This document shows, one piece after another, positions 56,253 through 64,000 of a DNA stretch of 64,000 nucleotides (positions are counted from its first letter, which is position 1; the number at the start of each line of letters is the position of its first letter). The stretch lies in NCBI GenBank assembly GCA_001189215.1, contig LFCR01000004.1:22153-86152 (forward strand). Direction: 5' to 3'. A model generated the notes under the pieces. It was not told the DNA's origin, ran no database searches, and saw only the letters and a list, made by a program, of their open reading frames with translations. The stretch is from Parcubacteria bacterium C7867-008 (GTDB lineage Bacteria > Patescibacteriota > Minisyncoccia > Phycocordibacterales > Phycocordibacteraceae). A program made the position numbers and the translations under genes.

Positions 56253-57317
56253 CTTACCTTGTCCGTAGAACTTCTTGAGCATCTTTACGTGCTCTTCGTA
56301 TGTCTTTGAGCAGTGGAACTCTCCTTTTGAATCATGGAAATAGAAGAGACAGTCTGTCTTCTTTGGATTAAGTGCTGCAACAACAGCTGCTACTGATGGA
56401 TTTGAGATAGGACCAGGTGGAAGTCCTTTATTCTGGTACGTGTTGTATGGAGACTTTATGTATTTATCCTTTGGTACTACTGGTGGCCACCACGTACCTT
56501 GCTTACCAGTGGTTTGATTTGCCTTCGCATACTGAAGTGTTGCGTCTATTTGTAGGTTCATACCAACAAACATACGATTCCAGATGATACCTGAGATGAG
56601 GCGCATATCGTCCCACCCACCTGCTTCACGTTCAATAAGTGAAGCAACGGTAATAGCGTCAGCTACGGGAACCTGCTCCTCAGTGCTACTGCTGTACCGC
56701 GCAAGAATATCTTCTTCAAAGCGATGATGGAGAAGTACTTCAACTTGATCAGGATCGGTAACGCTAAGGAAATAAGTTCCAGGAACAAATTGTCCTTCAG
56801 GTAATTCTTCGTCACGAGCGGTTGCGTACTTCAAGAACTCAGCTTTCTCTGCAGGAGTCCAATGAAGTGTTCCTCCAACTAGATTTGCAACTTGTTCCTT
56901 ACGAAAGCCTGGTTTGATCGTAACGAACAGGGTATTTGCACCAGCGACTTGCCTATAGGCAGGGAAGTTTGAGATAGCAACAGCAACCTGCGTAAAGATA
57001 TTGCCTGCCTGAGTCGCTGCAGCGGTAAGACTTGTTGGCTTCACATCAAGAATAGCTTCAACCTGCGGGTTCTCAATAATGGTCTTGTTTGCTGGATCAA
57101 CGGTAACTGTGAACTTAGGTTGCGGTGGTCGGACACTATCTTGGATCGCTAGATCAATGGCAAGAATGGTAGGCAGCGAAAAGAAACCGATCACGAGCAC
57201 TAGTGTGCTCGCCGCAACGGGGAGCAGATTTAGTACGCGCTTCTTCGGTGATGATTTCTTGCGGGACGGACTGGTACCTGTTGGTATCAGTGGGCCGGAA
57301 AATTTCATCTTCGGCAT
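56250..57317 (-). CDS. mltG: endolytic murein transglycosylase MltG (YceG family)
   Basis: N-terminal TM and the YceG core (LIEREAG, YNTY, GLPPGPISNP). The start is trimmed to MPKMKF at 57317. Confidence 0.75.
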   Translation of the reverse strand: MPKMKFSGPLIPTGTSPSRKKSSPKKRVLNLLPVAASTLVLVIGFFSLPTILAIDLAIQDSVRPPQPKFTVTVDPANKTIIENPQVEAILDVKPTSLTAAATQAGNIFTQVAVAISNFPAYRQVAGANTLFVTIKPGFRKEQVANLVGGTLHWTPAEKAEFLKYATARDEELPEGQFVPGTYFLSVTDPDQVEVLLHHRFEEDILARYSSSTEEQVPVADAITVASLIEREAGGWDDMRLISGIIWNRMFVGMNLQIDATLQYAKANQTTGKQGTWWPPVVPKDKYIKSPYNTYQNKGLPPGPISNPSVAAVVAALNPKKTDCLFYFHDSKGEFHCSKTYEEHVKMLKKFYGQGK

Positions 57318-57420
57318 TGCACGTATTGTAACGAACGAATGCAACATCGTGAAATGTATTTGTCCACTGATTTCATCTTCGTTGTATAGACATACCCTCA
57401 GACGGTGGTACGGTCTATCT

Positions 57421-57969
57421 ATGAAGCCAAAGGCTCTCCCTCCTACTCTCACTGAACGCGTAACGACGTGGATCGGTTCACGCATGTCACTTGTTGCACA
57501 TACGATATTCTTTATCGGGTGCTTCTTCACTGTGGTACTTGGACTTATCACTCTTGAAACTATGCTCCTTGTTCTCACCACAGCGGTCTCTCTTGAGGCC
57601 ATTTATCTTGCCATCTTCATTCAGATGACGGTTAACGCTAACACCGCTAGTCTTCGTGAAGTGGAGGAAGACATTGAAGAAATTCAGGAGGATGTGGAAG
57701 AACTGGGAGAAGACTTGGATGAGATTCAGGAAGACATTGGAGAGATTCAGGAGGATGTCGAGGAAATCAGCGAAGACATCGATGAAATTCAAGAAGACGT
57801 TGAGGAGTTGAGTGAAGAGGAGGAGAAAGAGAAAGAAGAAGCTGCAAAGCCAAAACGTAAGACAGTAAAAAAGACTACAGCAACAGAAGCAGAACTCCTT
57901 GAGCAGCTCTCACAAGATGTTGCTAAGCTTCTCGCAGATCTAGAGGCACTAAAGAAAGGTAAGAAATAG
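57421..57969 (+). CDS. DUF1003-like membrane protein with acidic EEIQEDVEEL tandem repeats
   Basis: Two TM helices, then 4-5 copies of a roughly 8 aa acidic repeat. The track ORF N-terminus, which overlaps mltG, is rejected. Confidence 0.5.
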   Translation: MKPKALPPTLTERVTTWIGSRMSLVAHTIFFIGCFFTVVLGLITLETMLLVLTTAVSLEAIYLAIFIQMTVNANTASLREVEEDIEEIQEDVEELGEDLDEIQEDIGEIQEDVEEISEDIDEIQEDVEELSEEEEKEKEEAAKPKRKTVKKTTATEAELLEQLSQDVAKLLADLEALKKGKK

Positions 57970-57973
57970 CGAA

Positions 57974-58001
57974 ACCCGCCCGGTCTAGGACGCGGGCGGG
58001 T
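57974..58001. terminator. hairpin acccgcccg-N10-cgggcgggt
   Basis: Perfect 9 bp GC stem between convergent genes. Confidence 0.55.
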
Positions 58002-58025
58002 GATAGCTGAAGAGTCTGTCGACCG

Positions 58026-58346
58026 TTATTCAACGACCTCACAGCACTTTTTGGTGAACTGGAGATAGTCACCAAACATCTCACGATCCCAATACACAGC
58101 AACACCCTCTCGACCAGCTGTGCGAAGTGCGTCGATTGCTTTCGAACGCAGCACGATGTGGACATCCTTATGCTGTTCGCAGGGTGTCCCCCTCATCGGA
58201 ACCCGAAGGAAATCCTCCTTCGTTGCGAGTGGAATTTCAACTCCCACCCATTCCTTACGAACTCCAACAGGCGCAATAGAACCTGGTGGTGTGCTGACAA
58301 TACGAATAGAACTCATCAGTGCCTCCTTGCGACTGGTTGTGCGCAC
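58026..58346 (-). CDS. hypothetical protein (about 100 aa)
   Basis: ORF only. An alternative start lies at 58316. Confidence 0.35.
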   Translation of the reverse strand: MRTTSRKEALMSSIRIVSTPPGSIAPVGVRKEWVGVEIPLATKEDFLRVPMRGTPCEQHKDVHIVLRSKAIDALRTAGREGVAVYWDREMFGDYLQFTKKCCEVVE

Positions 58347-58433
58347 AGTACCACAATCAGAATTTTAGTCCTAAACAACCTAAATATACTGTTTGGTCAT
58401 ATCAATCCAGGCTGATACCATAGAGAAAAGGCT

Positions 58434-59180
58434 ATGGAGAAAGGCATTCACGTCGTCCTGAAGGCGGAGCAGCTTGGCACGTTCTTAGGGTTACCTATAA
58501 CAAACTCGCTCATAATGACGTGGATCGTCATGGCGGTGCTTATTGGTTTTGCGCTCATATTCCGATCAAAGCTCGCTATGATCCCTGGAAAGTTGCAGGC
58601 AGGAGTTGAATGGCTCTTTGAGAGTGTCCTTAATTACATGACCGAAACACTTGAGGACGAGAAGATGGCTCGCAAATTCTTCCCTCTCATCATGACCATC
58701 TTCTTATTCCTACTCGTTGCTAATGAGTTAGCGTTCCTTCCGGGTGTTGGATCCATTGGTATTACTGAACATGGAGAATTCCTTCCATTTCTTCGTGCAC
58801 CTTCGGCAGACCTCAATCTCACCCTTGCACTCGCAATAATCTCCTTCCTAACCATAGAGATCACAGGAATCGTTGCTTTGGGCTTTTATAAGTATGCCGG
58901 CAAATATGTTAATTTTAGTTCACCGGTGAACTTTGTGGTGGGCATCATCGAGCTCCTTTCTAACCTAGGGCGTCTCATTTCCTTCTCCTTCCGTCTCTTT
59001 GGAAACATCTTTGCAGGAGAAGTGATGATCTTGGTAGCAGGATTCTTTGTTGCATACCTTTTGCCGGTGCCACTCATGGCATTTGAGGTATTCGTTGGCT
59101 TCATTCAGGCAGTGGTGTTCTCAATGCTCACCCTGTTCTTCATCAAGCTGGCAATCATGGATCCGCACGAATCGCACTAG
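58434..59180 (+). CDS. atpB: F0F1 ATP synthase subunit a
   Basis: LRLFGNIFAGE motif. 5-6 TM. Confidence 0.9.
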   Translation: MEKGIHVVLKAEQLGTFLGLPITNSLIMTWIVMAVLIGFALIFRSKLAMIPGKLQAGVEWLFESVLNYMTETLEDEKMARKFFPLIMTIFLFLLVANELAFLPGVGSIGITEHGEFLPFLRAPSADLNLTLALAIISFLTIEITGIVALGFYKYAGKYVNFSSPVNFVVGIIELLSNLGRLISFSFRLFGNIFAGEVMILVAGFFVAYLLPVPLMAFEVFVGFIQAVVFSMLTLFFIKLAIMDPHESH

Positions 59181-59236
59181 GACACTAGTGGGTTCATGCG
59201 GCTCCGGGATGGAGCAGATTATTTGGTAACTAGTAA

Positions 59237-59470
<234 letters not shown>

Positions 59471-59485
59471 TACTACGATTGGTAC

Positions 59486-59932
59486 ATGGATCAGCTTCTT
59501 GAAGCATTCGGCATTCAACTCCCTCTACTGCTCGCGCAGTTGGTGAACTTCGGTGTGCTCTTTGTAGCACTTACATATCTGCTCTATAAGCCGGTTATGA
59601 AGACACTGGATGAGCGTCGTACCAAGGTTGCGCAAGGTGTACTTGATGCAGAAGAAGCTGCACAAAAGCTTGCCTCTGCAGACGAGGAAGCATCCACCAC
59701 TGTGCAAACTGCGGAAAAGGAAGCTGAAGGTATTGTCGCTACGGCTCGTGAAGAGGCAGGTAGTGAGAAGACACGCATTGTTAAGGAAGCTGAGGCACGT
59801 GCCGCAAGTGTTGCAGCAGATGCTGAAGCACGTGCAAAAGAAACCGCAGAGAAGTCTCTACGCGAAAGCGAGAAGGAGATTGCGCGGCTTGCGATGCTTG
59901 CTGCTGAGAAAGCGATGCGTAAAGAATCCTAA
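59486..59932 (+). CDS. atpF: F0F1 ATP synthase subunit b
   Basis: N-terminal TM plus a long Ala/Glu/Lys coiled coil. Confidence 0.85.
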   Translation: MDQLLEAFGIQLPLLLAQLVNFGVLFVALTYLLYKPVMKTLDERRTKVAQGVLDAEEAAQKLASADEEASTTVQTAEKEAEGIVATAREEAGSEKTRIVKEAEARAASVAADAEARAKETAEKSLRESEKEIARLAMLAAEKAMRKES

Positions 59933-59933
59933 T

Positions 59934-60296
59934 ATGGAGAAAGCATACGCACAGGCAATTCAGAAACTTCTTAGTGAGCCAAACGCTGACGAAGCTAAGA
60001 TCGTGACGAATCTTGTTTCGCATCTTGAGGCAACAGGAAAATTGAAGATGCTACCGCGTATCAATCGTGAGCTTAAAACATTGCTTGCTCGTGAACTTAA
60101 ACCTTCTGTTGAAGTTGCTCACCGTGACGAAGCTGAAGACGCATTGAAGGCTGCTGCAAAAGCAGGTATCCATGCAGAACATGCAAAGATTAATCCATCC
60201 CTTATCCATGGATGGCGTGCTCGCCAAGGCAGCACCCTCGTGGATCATTCAGGCAAACGAGCGTTGATAGATCTCTATCGTCGCATCACTGCATAA
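59934..60296 (+). CDS. atpH: F0F1 ATP synthase subunit delta (short)
   Basis: Position between b and alpha. 120 aa OSCP-like C-terminal part. The track ORF 59610..60296 N-terminus, which overlaps atpF, is rejected. Confidence 0.7.
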   Translation: MEKAYAQAIQKLLSEPNADEAKIVTNLVSHLEATGKLKMLPRINRELKTLLARELKPSVEVAHRDEAEDALKAAAKAGIHAEHAKINPSLIHGWRARQGSTLVDHSGKRALIDLYRRITA

Positions 60297-60318
60297 TTAT
60301 TTATTTACCAACGTACGT

Positions 60319-61875
60319 ATGGAAAGCATCATCAAACGCATCGAAAGTGAGATCGCTGGCTTCGCTCCAAGTGGAAGCACTGAGGAGACGGGTATCGTCC
60401 GTACTACCGGAGACGGTATTGCGGAGATCGACGGACTCCAGAACGCACTCATGAGTGAGATGGTGCTCTTTGATCCAACCTTTGATCGTACCCTTGAGGC
60501 TGCACTTAAGGATGCAGATCCTATCTATGGTCTCGTCCTTAACCTTGAGGAGGACGGTGTACGCGCCGTAATTCTTGGAGACGCATCAAAGGTGTATGAG
60601 GGTATGCTCGTACGTCGTGTGGGACGTCTTCTTTCAGTACCTGTGGGTGAGTCTCTTATAGGCCGCGTTATCAATCCACTTGGTGAAGCGGTTGATGGTA
60701 AGGGCGCAACACACGCAAAGGATATTCGCCCTATCGAACGTGAAGCATACGGCGTTATGGACCGAGCAGGTGTTAACCAGCCTCTTCATACCGGAATCAA
60801 AGCTATTGATGCCATGATCCCCATTGGTCGTGGTCAGCGTGAGCTCATCATTGGTGATCGTGGTGTAGGAAAGACCGCTATTGCCATTGATACCATCTTG
60901 AACCAGAAGTCTGAAGATCCGAAGACTCGTCCTATTTGTATCTATGTGGCGATTGGTCAGAAGGAATCTAAGACCGCAAAGATCGTAGCGCAGCTCGCTG
61001 ATGCGGGGGCAATGGAATACACCATAGTTATTACCGCACCAGCATCAAGCCCTGCAGCCTTCCAGTTTCTTGCACCATTTGCAGGAGCAACGGTAGGTGA
61101 ATTCTTTATGGAACAAGGCAAAGATGCACTCGTTATCTACGATGACCTCTCCAAGCACGCAGTCGCATATCGTCAAATGTCTCTTCTCCTTCGTCGTCCA
61201 CCAGGGCGTGAAGCATATCCAGGAGACGTCTTCTATCTTCACTCTCGACTACTTGAGCGCTCAGCAAGGCTTTCTAAGGAAAAGGGTGGCGGTTCACTCA
61301 CCGCACTCCCTATCATCGAAACACAGGAAGGTGATATCTCTGCATACATTCCAACCAACGTGATTTCAATCACAGATGGACAAATCTTCTTGCTTGCTGA
61401 TCTCTTCAACAAAGGACAGCGTCCCGCTATTGATGTCGGTAACTCAGTGTCTCGTGTGGGATCGTCTGCACAGACCAAGGCGATGAAGAAGGTGTCTGGA
61501 AAAATCAAACTTGAGCTCGCTCAGTTCCGGGAACTTGAAGCATTCATGCAGTTCGCGTCAGATCTTGATGCTGAAACCAAGCAGCGCATTGATACTGGTC
61601 GTCGTATGACGGAGGTCCTTAAGCAGAATGTTGGCGAGCCGCTTCCATTTGAGATGCAGGCTGCCGTTATCTTTGCTGCAACAAATGGATACCTTAATAC
61701 ATTTGCTCCTGAAGAAACCCATGGCGCTGAGATTCGCCTCCGTGACTACCTTGAGCGTGAGGTTGATGGAGTTCTCTCTTCAATCCGCGAGGAGAAGCAG
61801 ATCAGTGAGGAAACAGAAGCAACACTTCGTGCTGCACTTGAGAAGTTCGTAGAGCGCACTAGTGAGTCTAAATAA
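60319..61875 (+). CDS. atpA: F0F1 ATP synthase subunit alpha
   Basis: Walker A GDRGVGKT and alpha-subunit blocks. Confidence 0.95.
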   Translation: MESIIKRIESEIAGFAPSGSTEETGIVRTTGDGIAEIDGLQNALMSEMVLFDPTFDRTLEAALKDADPIYGLVLNLEEDGVRAVILGDASKVYEGMLVRRVGRLLSVPVGESLIGRVINPLGEAVDGKGATHAKDIRPIEREAYGVMDRAGVNQPLHTGIKAIDAMIPIGRGQRELIIGDRGVGKTAIAIDTILNQKSEDPKTRPICIYVAIGQKESKTAKIVAQLADAGAMEYTIVITAPASSPAAFQFLAPFAGATVGEFFMEQGKDALVIYDDLSKHAVAYRQMSLLLRRPPGREAYPGDVFYLHSRLLERSARLSKEKGGGSLTALPIIETQEGDISAYIPTNVISITDGQIFLLADLFNKGQRPAIDVGNSVSRVGSSAQTKAMKKVSGKIKLELAQFRELEAFMQFASDLDAETKQRIDTGRRMTEVLKQNVGEPLPFEMQAAVIFAATNGYLNTFAPEETHGAEIRLRDYLEREVDGVLSSIREEKQISEETEATLRAALEKFVERTSESK

Positions 61876-61880
61876 CCACA

Positions 61881-64000
<2,120 letters not shown>

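Noticed and set aside
57079-57420. N-terminal 114 codons of track ORF 57079..57969
   Set aside because: They overlap the conserved mltG coding region on the opposite strand. The membrane protein starts at the ATG at 57421.
59610-59933. N-terminal extension of track ORF 59610..60296
   Set aside because: It overlaps atpF in another frame. atpH starts at the ATG at 59934, directly after the atpF stop.

Overview
The window looks like a reduced, Patescibacteria/CPR-like chromosome segment; that taxonomic placement is an inference from gene content (VirB2/TrbC-like pilins, short dnaX, uvrC, RSH and atpH). It has a housekeeping backbone interrupted by three accessory regions.

Backbone genes, in order:
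- tRNA-Trp, then two tandem VirB2/TrbC-like pilin paralogs
- miaA, tRNA-Leu, parB, rel (RSH), topA, serS, an ftsQ-like gene, dus, dnaX, tRNA-Gln
- VIT-family transporter, ICMT-like membrane protein, ABC-F ATPase, HIT and HD hydrolases, rluB, an ECF sigma factor with a putative anti-sigma partner
- RecD/Pif1-like helicase, holin-like protein, a VirD4/TraG-like ATPase, FKBP, tgt
- uvrB, a histidine kinase and response regulator, uvrA, uvrC, ddl
- a GT2 plus GT39-like glycosyltransferase pair, mltG
- the F-type ATP synthase operon atpB-E-F-H-A-G-D (atpD truncated by the window end)

Accessory regions:
1. A roughly 5 kb mosaic island directly 3' of tRNA-Gln (14.3-19.4 kb). It opens with an AT-rich VOC gene and continues as about ten small GC-richer genes on both strands. 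A novel ~58 bp repeat family punctuates the island: 3 full and 5 right-half copies, the right half being a near-identical ~31 bp core ending in ...ccagactgccagc. The right half weakly resembles the 3' end of tRNA-Gln. This is a cassette-array-like structure that is neither a CRISPR array nor an obvious integron.
2. A roughly 5 kb putative integrated element (47.2-52.2 kb). Its left edge is a truncated 5' half of a tRNA-Ala(UGC) gene, broken in the anticodon loop. It carries a large serine recombinase, a small upstream ORF, a non-coding region dense in direct and inverted repeats, and a three-gene operon ending in an AbiV-like protein (candidate defence system). A near-identical TTGCAATG(A/G)AAT core recurs at the right edge.
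3. Two single-gene GC-rich inserts on the opposite strand between housekeeping genes: a lipoprotein between the FKBP gene and tgt, and a small protein between uvrA and uvrC.

Other points worth a second look: the two pilin paralogs carry different C-terminal Cys-rich domains with motifs resembling a LAS/M23 metallopeptidase (HLH) and a lytic transglycosylase (ES...GMFQ); a GC-rich, roughly 350 nt structured non-coding region with a strong terminator sits upstream of ddl.

Feature coordinates come from the ORF track plus manual start refinement. Non-CDS coordinates were read by eye and may be off by 1-2 nt.
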